Origin: Octopus bimaculoides
Lineage: Eukaryota
Length of the DNA stretch: 43,295 bases
Assembly (NCBI RefSeq): GCF_001194135.2
Contig: NC_068982.1
Coordinates: 15,392,777-15,436,071 of the forward strand
Reading direction: 5' to 3'
The first letter of the stretch is position 1; each line of letters begins with the position of its first letter. Below are positions 1-11,891 of the stretch, piece by piece. Under the pieces are notes generated by a model. The model saw nothing but the letters and a program-made list of their open reading frames with translations. It made no database searches and was not told the DNA's origin. Position numbers and translations under genes: made by a program.

Positions 1-224
1 ATGTATATATTAATATTATCTTGGTTGAAAAACTTCGATAATGCAAATATGTTAATAATTACCAGGGTAGTAAAAATCACACAAAAACTGGGTTAAGGGG
101 TTGAAATTCCATGTTAAAGTGATGTATTTTGAGTTCATATAAAGAATAATAATAAATGGAGCAAAACGCATATAATCATATATAAACTTATTGATTATAT
201 GCGTTTTGCTCCATTTATTATTCG

Positions 225-294
<70 letters not shown>

Positions 295-844
295 ATCTGG
301 ATACTAACCTCATAACGTGCATTTCAAACGTCGTATACATTTATCGGCTACCATATACCATATTTGTTTTGTACTTTATATTTTTAATCTTTTACTGCCA
401 TTAATTTATGACTCATGACTATTTGAATCAGCAAGTTGTTCAATATAGTGGATAGGCTAAAAAACACTGGGAAACTGAATGTGATCTAGAGGTGCTATCA
501 ACGCCACTCACCTGATGATATGCCGGTACTTAGCTGCTGTTGGACCATATTTAGCTATGTGCTTATTTATATAATATTTATGCAATTGTATGATATGGAA
601 AAACTCTACAACTAAATGTTGTCACCCCTGCACAGAAACAATTGTTGTGCTTTTGATTCAAGCTTCTTCATTGCATCTTCTTGTTTTATAACTTTGTATG
701 TATGGATGGATGGGTGGGAGGGTGTGTGTGTGTGTGTGTGTGTGTTTGTGTGTTGTTCAAATTTACAGAAAACAAAAGGCGAAGGACAGATGAGAGAACA
801 ACAAGCAGATGTATTAGTTTGACGCTTGGGAAGAATGGAAAAGT

Positions 845-880
845 CTTTGACGTTTCGTGCCTACGCTCTTCGACAGAAAG
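845..880 (-). ncRNA. Minimal type-I hammerhead-ribozyme-like motif (Penelope-type), degenerate copy, within a dispersed repeat at ~760-900
   Basis: Minus strand reads CUUU-CUGUCGA-A-GAGC-GUAG-GCAC-GAAA-C-GUC-AAAG. Stem I is 4 bp, stem II has one mismatch, and the core is non-canonical (CUGUCGA vs CUGANGA). The flanks are homologous to 3226-3400. Confidence 0.45.
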
Positions 881-1323
881 GGTTGAGAGGAAAAAATAAA
901 GAGGGAACGGGGGAAAAAAACAGAGAGAAAAAATGTGTAGGGATTAACGGTTCAACATGTATGTATCTATTGATGGATGGCTGAACGGATGAGTAGATTG
1001 GTGGATGTGTGCATATATGTATACGTGGGCACATAGACACAGCGACAAGCGATTGTACTAAGAAAGGACCACAAAACAATAGATGCGATTCTATTACCTT
1101 CCAGTCGGTGAGAAACTATCGGAGTAATTTCTATCGATTCCGATACTTTGGTACAACTGCTGGACACCTTGTGTATAAATAAACAGTTCTATGTTTTAGT
1201 GTAATGCGATGTGTTGAATTCTTTCATTTTGAATGGGTTTCATATTCTTAAGATAAAGTTGGTCATATCCGTGATGGCGGCAATTCGATTTCGAGCAAAG
1301 CCGTGGCTTGATTATTGTCTTAA

Positions 1324-1543
1324 CCCTGTAGCGTTCACATTAATCTCTCAAATGTCATGCTTATTTTACTCATATCGTTTGAACTAATCTTGCAGTATCT
1401 TGTAGCTTTGATATTTTGATGAGGTGACTGTTAAGTTTTAGAATGATTTCGTAAGGTTGATGTGAGAGGCCAAATCAGGCCGATTTGGACATAAAACAGG
1501 TGGAATATTTGGGCCTAATACGGCCTGTTTAAATGTTAAAGAG
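1324..1543. mobile_element. piggyBac-like MITE (TTAA target)
   Basis: TTAA at 1320-1323 and 1544-1547. The termini CCCTGTAGCGTTC and rc CTCTTTAACATTT are degenerate versions of a CCCTTTAGCATT-type TIR. No coding capacity. Confidence 0.7.
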
Positions 1544-1734
1544 TTAAGCATGAACAGTATGGATGTGGCTTTTAAGTCCTATGAAGGAACTGCGCTCTTT
1601 TGCTTTTCCGGCTTCGACCGGCCAAAGTATGTGATACACGATAGAGATGTTGAAAATCAAACGATGTCTGTGCGTGAAGCTTTTTAATGTGAAGAAAGTC
1701 CTTGCATAAGTCACCAGACATTAAAAAAAAAACG

Positions 1735-2066
1735 CCACGAGAAAGTAAGCAGGTCTCCGTAGGAACTATAGTACGACAGGTCACATATTCTTTCTAACAC
1801 AGCTCATAGAACGAACGAACAAACACAAGCTTCCTTTATGTAAGACTTTTGTTGATTATGAGACATTCATAGATAGCGTAGAGATGAACGCAGTGTTGAA
1901 ATCTCTGGAAATGCAAGGTGAGGTGCAATACATCAAATTGCTCAAAACTCTGAGCTCTAGATGCTCAGTAGATATAGCTCTGCTATCACCACCCGTGAGT
2001 GTTCCAATTTAGAAAGGTGTCAAGCAAGGAGATACCATCCCTCCAAAGCTATTTACTGCATGTCTA
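1735..2066 (+). mobile_element. RTE-clade LINE reverse transcriptase fragment (decayed)
   Basis: Translation AGLRRNYSTTGHIFFLTQLIERTNKHKLPLCKTFVDYETFIDSVEMNAVLKSLEMQG...VPI*KGVKQGDTIPPKLFTACL matches the RT motifs QAGFR..ST.DH, FVDYEKAFDSV and GV.QGD.ISPKLF. There is an in-frame TAG at 2010-2012. Confidence 0.9.
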
Positions 2067-2451
2067 TACAGGGCTAATACCACTCTAAACAACGCCGGCA
2101 TTTTCACAAAAAGAAGAGCTACTTTACATTTCTGAATGCAAGCACAATCTCAGGTGTTACATCAGAGTGCTCCTTCTCCCTGAGAAATGTTTAAACAAAG
2201 ACTAAGGGTCTCCCACTTTCTGCTGCTGGGTGGTTGTTGACTCTGCTGTGTTCATCCACCTTTTGGCAGGTTTTGTTATTCGTTCTGCAGGGTGTCCAAC
2301 GAATATCACCTTTTCTACCATGCAGGCTTGGAAGGCTTGCCAGTTTAGTCGCCGACGGCCCAACCATGCAACAGGTTGTACTGGGTCATATGTGACCAGT
2401 TGTACTAAGAGTGACATATCGTATTTATATACACACCTGCCTACATATATT

Positions 2452-2518
<67 letters not shown>

Positions 2519-2520
2519 TT

Positions 2521-2617
2521 ATCCAGTTTTATTTCAAGATTTCTTGCCAATAGAGAAAGAGTCGGTTTCTAACTTACATCCAAGGCTACTTCATTGGAAT
2601 TTTAACAACATCAACAA
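2521..2617 (-). repeat. Short dispersed repeat (probable retroelement 3' end) embedded in (ATGT/AT)n
   Basis: Reverse complement of 29672-29752 (AAATTCCAATGAAG...GTTAGAAACCG...CTCTATTGGCAAGAAATCTTGAAATAAA). Confidence 0.7.
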
Positions 2618-2779
2618 GATATGTATGTATGTATTCTCATGCATATAGTTGCATGTCTAGACATGCTCATATATACTTAATTTACGAGCATATCGTATAA
2701 AGCTAGACATGCTCATATAAAGCTTAATTTCGCAAGACTGGTATTTAGGCAGTGTGTTATGTATGTATGTAGTTTGTTT

Positions 2780-2964
2780 TTATTTTACTTGTTTCAGTCA
2801 TTTGACTGCGGCCATGCTGGAGCACCGCCTTTAGTCGAACAAATAGACCCCAGTTCTTATTCTTTGTGAGCCTAGTACTTATTCTATCGTTCTCTTTTGC
2901 TGAACCGCTGTTACTGGGACGTAAACGCACCAGTATCGGTTGTCAAGGGATGTTGGTGGAACAA

Positions 2965-3005
<41 letters not shown>

Positions 3006-3185
3006 TATACACACATATACGACGGGCTTCTTTCAGTTTCCGTCTACCGAATCCACTCACAAGGCTTTGGTCGCACCGAGGCTATAGTAGAAGACACTTG
3101 CTCAAGGTGCCACGCAGTGGGACTGAACCCGGGAACCATGTGGTTGGTAAGCAAGCTACTTATCACACAGCCACTTCTGCGCCTA
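2780..3185 (-). mobile_element. tRNA-derived SINE family A, full length, with internal (CA)n
   Basis: Minus-strand head has A-box GTGGCTGTGTGAT and B-box GGGTTCAGTCCC. The 3' end is GACTGAAACAAGTAAAA. Homologous copies lie at 20421, 24745, 28440, 29115 and 42893. Confidence 0.9.
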
Positions 3186-3344
3186 TACATGTATGTATGT
3201 AGGAGAATGTACGAAAAAACAACAACAGACGAGGACAGGTGGTGTAAATAACAAAAGGATGTATTAGTATGACGCTCGGGAATACGGAAAGTCTTTGACG
3301 TTTCGAGCTACGCTCTTNNNNNNNNNNCTCGGGAATACGGAAAG

Positions 3345-3381
3345 TCTTTGACGTTTCGAGCTACGCTCTTCAACAGAAAGA
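3345..3381 (-). ncRNA. Minimal type-I hammerhead-ribozyme-like motif (Penelope-type)
   Basis: Minus strand: UCUUU(stem I)-CUGUUGA-A-GAGC/GUA/GCUC(stem II)-GAAA-C-GUC-AAAGA(stem I'). Stems I and II pair perfectly, and stem III is a loopless AC/GU palindrome. The core has A6->U. Confidence 0.6.
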
Positions 3382-3469
3382 ATACGGAGACAAGGAGAAA
3401 AACACGGAGAAAAAAAATTGAATAGTGTTCAGTCAACGGTCAATCATATACATGTATGTATGTATGTAT

Positions 3470-3858
3470 GACAATGACCTTTTTGTGTGCACAGTCTGTG
3501 ACAGACCATGCCTGTCTTTTGCTGGCCTCAAATCTCATCTGCGAACGCATGGAAAACGATCCTCCACCAACTATTCTGCCTATATGTCTGTGCACACCAT
3601 TGAATGCAGTGTATGCCAGAAGCTTTGGAAATCCAACGGAGGCCTCAAAAGACATTTTAAGATCCACGAAAATCAGAAATTTATTTGCAGCTCTTGGTGG
3701 TCCAAATCGGAGGAGCAATCTATGTAGGTGTCTTTTCAAAACACTCTCTGGTTTAAAAAGCCACATCAGATACCACGATGGTTCTAAGGTGTAGGTACAG
3801 GAGGTGGTCAAACTCTGCATAAAGAGTAGACAACTACTATGTATGTATGTATGTATGT
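3470..3858 (+). mobile_element. 5'-truncated LINE 3' end encoding three C2H2 zinc fingers (third degenerate and frameshifted), with (TATG)n tail
   Basis: CTVCDRPCLSFAGLKSHLRTH (3488-3550), CSVCQKLWKSNGGLKRHFKIH (3605-3667), and SNLCRCLFKTLSGLKSHIRYH in another frame (stop at 3794). No TGEKP linkers. Flanked by (TATG)n on both sides. Confidence 0.65.
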
Positions 3859-3860
3859 AT

Positions 3861-4173
3861 GGAGGCGCAATGGCCCAGTGGTTAGGGCAGCGGACTCGCG
3901 GTCATAGGATCGCGGTTTCGATTCCCAGACCGGGTGTTGTGAGTGTTTATTGAGCGAAAACACCTAAAAGCTCCACGAGGTTCCGGCAGGGGATGGTGGC
4001 GAACCCTGCTGCACTCTTTCACCACAACTTTCTCTCACTCTTACTTCCTGTTTCTGTTGTGCCTGTAATTCAAAGGGTCAGCCTTGTCACTCTCTGTGTC
4101 ACGCTGAATATCCCCGAGAACTACGTTAAGGGTACACGTGTCTGTGGAGTGCTCAGCCACTTGCACGTTAATT

Positions 4174-4175
<2 letters not shown>
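3861..4175 (+). mobile_element. tRNA-derived SINE family B, 3'-truncated
   Basis: A-box TGGCCCAGTGG and B-box GTTTCGATTCC. Highly similar over its length to 35233-35618. Confidence 0.9.
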
Positions 4176-4204
<29 letters not shown>

Positions 4205-5241
4205 CTATCTATCCATCTGCCAGTCTGTATGTGTGTATCTAATATAATTGTTCACTCTCTTTCCTTCTCATCCCTTTTTCGCTGCCTCTCTCTCTATGTA
4301 TGTGTGGGTGTGTGAGAGAGTGAGTGAGAGAGAGAGTGTGTGTGTGTGTGACTTGTGAAATGTGTGGGGATTTGCATACACGCATACTCTCTCTCCCACA
4401 CACAGGAACACACACACACACACATACACACGTGTATATAAAATAAATGATTGAATAACTATATTGAGATGTAGAAAGATAAAGGAAGGCAACGATATGC
4501 TGGGAAGATGATGATGATGGCAGTAGCAGAGTGTCGGTAGCGGCGGAGGGAAGAGAGAGATGAGGTGTAATAGCTGAAAAGATTATAGTGTGTAGCTGAG
4601 GGTGTTAACGATATGGTTTGAAGAGCAGAAAAGTAACGCCGTTTAATGTAAGACTTAATGTGTGTGTGTGTGCATGGGCCTGTGTACGTTTGTTTATGTA
4701 TTATATATGTATTTATGTAGTACATATTATGCATGTAGTATATACATATATATATATATATATANNNNNNNNNNNNNNNNNNNNNNNNNNNNNNNNNNNN
4801 NNNNNNNNNNNNNNNNNNNNNNNNNNNNNNNNNNNNNNNNNNNNNNNNNNNNNNNNNNNNNNNNNNNNNNNNNNNNNNNNNNNNNNNNNNNNNNNNNNNN
4901 NNNNNNNNNNNNNNNNNNNNNNNNNNNNNNNNNNNNNNNNNNNNNNNNNNNNNNNNNNNNNNNNNNNNNNNNNNNNNNNNNNNNNNNNNNNNNNNNNNNN
5001 NNNNNNNNNNNNNNNNNNNNNNNNNNNNNNNNNNNNNNNNNNNNNNNNNNNNNNNNNNNNNNNNNNNNNNNNNNNNNNNNNNNNNNNNNNNNNNNNNNNN
5101 NNNNNNNNNNNNNNNNNNNNNNNNNNNNNNNNNNNNNNNNNNNNNNNNNNNNNNNNNNNNNNNNNNNNNNNNNNNNNNNNNNNNNNNNNNNNNNNNNNNN
5201 NNNNNNNNNNNNNNNNNNNNNNNNNNNNNNNNNNNNNNNNN

Positions 5242-5281
<40 letters not shown>

Positions 5282-5299
5282 CATGTGTGTGTGTATATA

Positions 5300-5341
<42 letters not shown>

Positions 5342-6527
5342 TATACAAACGTTATAGAGTTGAGTCCGTGATAATATGCATTTATAAGTATATATTACAT
5401 ATTGACATTAATTATATACATTTAATATATATCTACATACATTTAATAAATGTGCATATATATTTAAATGCATAAATTTAAATATTATATGCACATGCAT
5501 ACACAAACGTACATGTACTTGATTTCGTATATATATATATATATATATATTATACACACACGCACGCACACACACACATGCATATATATATGCAATGTGT
5601 GTGTGCACGTGTATGCATGTGTACACACACATACACAAGCACACGCAGAAATGCTTATGTATACCCACTCATACAAACACACAACTGCAGACAAACTTGT
5701 ACATTATACACACACAAAAAAGAAACAAAAAAACGACATGTACAGAAATGTAGTCGGATGCAGATGTGTGTTTAGACTAGTATAGTATTTGTTTAAAGAG
5801 ATAACAGGAATTGATAAGATAAAGAAGAGAGAGAGAGAGAGTGAGTGGCGGTGAGAAGGCGAGAGAGAGAGAGAGAGAGGCGGTGAGAGGGCAAGAGAAA
5901 GAGAGAGAGGGTTAACACAACACCAATAACGACATACAGATACGCCGATACAGCCCAGTACAAGACGCATACACACACATGCACTCTCTCTCTCTCTTTC
6001 ATTCACTCTCTCTCTCTCTCTTTTTCACTCTCTCTCTCTCTTTTTTACTCTCTCTCTCTCTCTCACACACAGTCGCACTCAGAACATAGCAAAGCATAAC
6101 AAGATATAATAAAAGTATGGCAAAACGTATGGTTTGCATGAAAGACGTATAAAAGGTAACCATAAAATTGCTAGACGTATATGCGCTGGCATATAATACG
6201 TGTATATATGTGTGCGTGTGTATGTGTATGTATGTATGTGTGTGTGTGTATGTATGTGTGTGTATGGATGTATGTAATGTATGTATGTACGTATGTATAT
6301 GTGTGTATGTATGTATGCATGTCATGTTATGTATGTGTGTATGCATGTGTGTATGTGTGTATGTGGGCAATAAATGAATACATCTATAAGGAGATATAGG
6401 TGTTTGTATTATATGTATGTGTGTGGATATATATATAAATATGTGTATGTATAAGTCTATGTATAACAGAATATGTGTATGTAATTAGTTGAGCATTTAC
6501 GTTGGTACGTTAGTATGCATACATATT

Positions 6528-6575
<48 letters not shown>

Positions 6576-7416
6576 CGCGTGCTTAGATGTATAGATATTT
6601 GTCTATATATGTTATGTGTGTGCGTGTGTATGTAAACATATACATATATGCGCATACACCCCTTCCTCCATGCTATGCCGTGAACACACTCCTATGCCCT
6701 TCCTCTCTTCCTAACACCCCCATAAAACCGCATTCCCACCTGGATCCTAACCCCTTGCCCATCTTCTTTCTCTTCCTCTCATTCTCAGTGCATTTTTTTT
6801 TCATTTTTTTCTTCTCTATCTTACTTATGAAGAAGAACTAGCATCCGAAACGTCAAGACGTTTCCCTTACTTTTAAGAGTTCAAATAACACGGTATACTT
6901 CAAAACTTGTTACTCCTGTTGTCTTTCTTTTTGTGCTTTTGCCTTCACAACACACATATATGTAACTCTCTTTCTCTCTCTAGATATATATATATATATA
7001 GACATGTATATAGACATGCATACACACACCGGCACACATAAATATCTGTATATTTGTACGTATATATTTACACTCACACACTGACATACATCCCTATGTG
7101 CCTAAATGTGTGTGTGTGTGTGTATATATATATATAAAGTTTTAGGTGTATGTTCATGTTGGAAGTCAGAAGGGCTGGATGAGTTGAGAAGAATAAGAAA
7201 AAAGAGGAGAAAATAGAAAAACAAAATTAAAAGATGAAGTGAAATGCGAAAAGAAAAGTATTCAAAGAAAAAAGAAATTTCAAGAATATTGAGTCGTCAG
7301 AATAAAATGACATTTTACGTGAACAAAATAATTTGATAGATAAATTTATAGATTGTTCAGGTTCATAGGTTTATCGGTTTGAAGTGAAAGGCTATATATA
7401 CATACATATATACATA

Positions 7417-7464
<48 letters not shown>

Positions 7465-7467
7465 AAT

Positions 7468-7500
<33 letters not shown>

Positions 7501-8546
7501 CACGTACACAAACATATATAGTGTGCTTCTTTTTCGGATTTATTATATACCGACGATATATACGTGTGTGTATGTATATTTACATACAGAGAGAAGAGAA
7601 AGTGAGGAAAGGTGAGAGAGAAATAGGAAAGAAAGAGGTGATATGTGCATTGTTGTTAATTTTAGCACCGAGAAGGGAACTTTTTGTGATTGTGTGTGTG
7701 TGTATGTTTGGGTGTGTGTATATATATGTATGTATATACACACACACACACACGCATACTCACGTACACACACAAACATATGTAAGTATGTATGAACGCA
7801 TATTTATACGAGTACATATGGTGTTGAAAAATTCAACACCATTGAATTATATATATTTCTAAAATAAAAATGTGTATCCGTATCTTTGTCAGTGTTCCAT
7901 GAGTGTGTGAGTGTGTGTGTGTGTGTGTGCGTTTGTATATACATTATTTATGTGTGTGTGTGTGTGTGTGTGTGCATGCACGCATCTGCCCGTCTTCTCG
8001 TGAATATCTACGCGCGTGTGTGCATTTATTTGTGCATGTATTTATCTGTGTGTGCGTGTCTGCATGTGCTTGCATTTCTACACACACACACACACGCACA
8101 CACACACACACACACGCACGCACATATACACTGAGAATCTCATACGCATAGGCTGACATCACGACTGATAAATAATTAGATAGTTTGATACAGAGATTGG
8201 AGAAGTAGGTAGATAGATGGACAGACAGCTAGATAAGCAGATATAATAAATGGCTGGCTTCGTTGTTTGGACGAAAATATATATAGTTACATGAGGTTCA
8301 AGTACGTTTCTAACAGAGATGGGGTTTTCAGATGAGCAGAGACCGTCGTGTTTCGTGTATGGCGATGATGTTGGGCTGCGACGAACTGCCGATCACATCA
8401 GCTTGGTACTTGAGGGTTACAACGAAATTGTGTCATTTATTTTTTGTTTTGTTTTAAATCTTCCTTTTAAGAAATGAATTTTAATCGGTTCTCCTTGGGA
8501 TTGAACTCAGGACGTAAAGGGGACTGAATTATATAATGCAAGTCAA

Positions 8547-8617
<71 letters not shown>

Positions 8618-9238
8618 GGTCACTAAGATAAAGTTTGAAACAATTTTTTTTTTAATTTAAAGATAAGCTGAAAGTAACTTGTCATGCGCACACGCACACA
8701 CAATACACACGGATGTTTGAGTGGATGCATGTATGTATATGTACATATATACTTACATGTATATATATATATATATATTTGTGTATGTGTGCATATATAT
8801 ATATACATATATGCATGGACGTACGTGCATATAAATACATACATATATATATATATATGTATGTATGTATACATATGTATATGTATATGTACATATATAT
8901 GCACGCACGTATTTGCGTACGTACGCACACATAAATATATATCGTTAACAGAATTATATTTAAAACAGGAAAGGCACAAACACGCGCGCACACAGACACC
9001 CACACAACATATACACACGCATACACATACACGCACATACACTACCCTTCCCTCCCTCCAACACAGACACACATACACAGGCACACTGGTACACACACGG
9101 TAGCACACATATCACACATAGACACACACACACGAAAAGAAATTGCGTGAGACTGACTGAATGATTAGTAACGAGAGAGAAAGAAAGAGAGAGAGAGAGG
9201 GAGGGGGATATAGTGATATATATACGTGTGTATTGAGA

Positions 9239-9271
<33 letters not shown>

Positions 9272-9300
9272 CGAGAGGGAGAGAGAGAGAGTGTGTGTGT
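4174..9300. repeat. Dense compound microsatellite terrain (AT, AC/GT, AG, ATCT, ATGT); similar blocks at 12900-15550, 23800-24350, 33390-34050 and 40600-41950
   Basis: Directly visible dinucleotide and tetranucleotide runs. Most N-gaps begin or end in such runs. Confidence 0.95.
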
Positions 9301-10104
9301 GTGTGTAGAAGTCAGAACGAAAGGAATAAAGAAGCCTGAAAGAAGGAGTGGAAGGAAGAGGAGGAAAGAGAGGAGAGTGAGTGTGCAGGTGGTGGTGGCG
9401 GCGGCAGCGTGTAAAAGGTGTAAGAGTGGAGGTGGAGTAGCGAAGAGGCAAGTGAAAAGAAAAGAAAGAAAACAGAAAGACAGCAAGAGTAGGAGGCAGG
9501 AACAGGAGTAGGAGCAGTGAGCGTATAAGGCAGAAAAGGAGGGGGGAAGAGAAAAAGAAGAAGAAGAGAGAGTGTGTCTGCTCTTCGGATCAGCTTGTAG
9601 ATGGATCGTTCTTGGTTATAGTTGTTAAAAGCCTTTTCTTTTTTTTTTTTTACTTGGTTGGAGTGAGAAGGAAAACACACACGTTTTGCTCCATAGCACT
9701 CACTTGGATCTACTACTATTATTTACTACTTTTCATCGAAGCTTGTTTTGTTTTGTTTTTTTTGTCTTTTTACAATACCAAAATTTTATCGACAGTAAGT
9801 CGCTGGATTCGTTTGGGAGAAGTTTTCTACCTTAATAACAACATATATATATACACATATGTACAGATGTATAGATGCTGAAAAGGTTAGTTAAACGATT
9901 TCTTATTGTTGTTACGAATGCTATTATTGATATACTGTTGATTTTAAAGCTTTTTTTTAAAAAAAATTCACGGTCAATTTTGCGTGAAGCAAGACCACCA
10001 ATTTTACAATTACGTTTTTATTTTTGAAACCAGCCCTAGCAATTAATGTCCCCTTTATTCGTCGCCCTAGTGACAAACAAATACAGTAATTCTTATAATA
10101 CTAA

Positions 10105-10700
10105 AGAGATTAACTTTACCATTCATCCTTCAGGAGGTTTATAGTTTAAAGTATGAGTGAAATACTGGAGTCTATTTAAACGATTAAAACCTTCCCCTTT
10201 TATTTAAGGTTTGTTAGACATTATTATTAATATTATTATTATTATTATTAAAACCCCGCTGAGGTTAACTTTGCCTTTCATCCTTCCGGTTGGGTAGCGT
10301 AGTGGTTTCGGTGGAGACGAGGAAGATAGGTACCGGATAAGTACTGGGGCAGGGGTAATTGTCTACGCACCTCCCTCATTTTAAAAACACACACACCCTA
10401 GTTTTGTTGTTGTTCTTAGTGGTGCTGTAGTTTTTCTCTTTTATTTCTTTTTTTCTTACCGTCACTGAGGGTGGTGAATGGCTGAGTATCTCGGGACGAG
10501 AAGAAGTACTTTGCGGTATTTAATTCAGTTACGTCTCTTTACGTTCTGAGTTCAAATCCCTCTGGGAATCGACCTCGCCTTTTATCATCCTTTCCGGTGT
10601 AGAAAAGAGAGAGAGAGAGAGAGATGGGAAGATACAATAAAGTGCCAGTTAAAGAATTGAGGTTGATTTAATCGGCAGTACTTATCCTCCTTCATCGTCT
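10105..10700 (+). mobile_element. Cluster of three decayed SINE family D fragments (~10105-10195, ~10250-10360, ~10460-10700)
   Basis: Each carries a variant of the core GGTCGACTTTGCCTTTCATCCTTTCGGGGTCGATAAAATAAGTACCAGTT seen at 18742, 21359, 25925 and 35826. Confidence 0.55.
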
Positions 10701-11019
10701 ACCTTAAAAAAAAATGGTAAAGCACAAAATAAACTTATATATGTCGCCTATGTTTATGCGATAAAAACATATGATGTTAGTTTTGTGAAACTTAATGTTC
10801 AGTGTTTCTTAAAAATTTTCTGCTGGTTGTTAGTAAGAAGAAAGTCGATATTAATAGTACACAAAAATAGATCAACATCATCACTATAATAATGATGGTT
10901 TATCATTGTTATTAGATACTCACTAGTGTAAACAATGCAATAATAATTTGAATCGAATTGTGTGTGTATGTGTGTGTGTGTTTACTCCGTCCAATTTCAC
11001 ACACACGCACACAAATAAA

Positions 11020-11720
11020 TATATTTACGTACATACTCACAGTTACGTACATACATGCACACATGTAGTTACATACACACACACACGCACACACATAGTT
11101 ATATATACACGCACACACATAGTTACATACACACACGCACATATAGTTACATACATGCACACATAGTTACGTACACGCACACACATGTAGTTACATACAC
11201 ACATATACAAACACATGCGTACTCGCGCTAACACACACGCACACCCATATAGTTGCATACGTACACACGCACACATTTATATACACACGCACACATAGTT
11301 ACGTACACANNNNNNNNNNNNNNNNNNNNNNNNNNNNNNNNNNNNNNNNNNNNNNNNNNNNNNNNNNNNNNNNNNNNNNNNNNNNNNNNNNNNNNNNNNN
11401 NNNNNNNNNNNNNNNNNNNNNNNNNNNNNNNNNACACACACGCACATATAGTTACATACATGCACACATAGTTACGTACACGCACACACATGTAGTTACA
11501 TACACACATACAATACACATGCGTACTCGCGCTAACACACACGCACACATATAGTTGCATACGTACACACGCATACAGTTATATACACACGCACACATAG
11601 TTACATATACACACACGCACATATAATTACATACATGCACACATAGTTACGTACACGCACACACATATGTAGTTACGTACACACATACAATACACATGCG
11701 TACTCACGCTAACGCACACG
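11020..11720. repeat. Microsatellite-derived minisatellite (core ACACATAGTTACRTAC) with a ~177-bp higher-order repeat
   Basis: Marker CATGCGTACTCRCGCTAAC recurs near 11215, 11519 and 11696. A gap lies at 11310-11433. Confidence 0.8.
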
Positions 11721-11856
11721 CACACATACGCGCGCGCACACTCACACGCATATATATTTTAAATATTACGCACTATTCGTGTTAAAGGACCCAATTTCAT
11801 AACCAGATGTATCTATTTAGGGCTCAAGATTTCCTTCACGCACACACGTACGCACG

Positions 11857-11891
<35 letters not shown>

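Noticed and set aside
2866-3251. ORFs within SINE family A (also at 20315, 28456 and 43056) and family B (3993, 35254)
   Set aside because: They recur because the SINE sequence recurs. These are non-coding elements.
3275-3370. Apparent tandem hammerhead dimer (43-bp direct repeat at 3275-3317 and 3328-3370)
   Set aside because: The identical copies sit on either side of a 10-N gap, the typical signature of unmerged overlapping contig ends. A true dimer cannot be claimed without reads.
4459-5475. Long ORFs (200-390 aa) spanning N-runs here and at 14.3, 26.3, 27.3-28.6 and 41.1 kb
   Set aside because: They are artefacts of translating assembly gaps (X runs) plus microsatellites.
5468-9108. 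Numerous YI/HT/CV-repeat ORFs
   Set aside because: Dinucleotide microsatellites lack stop codons. There is no domain content.
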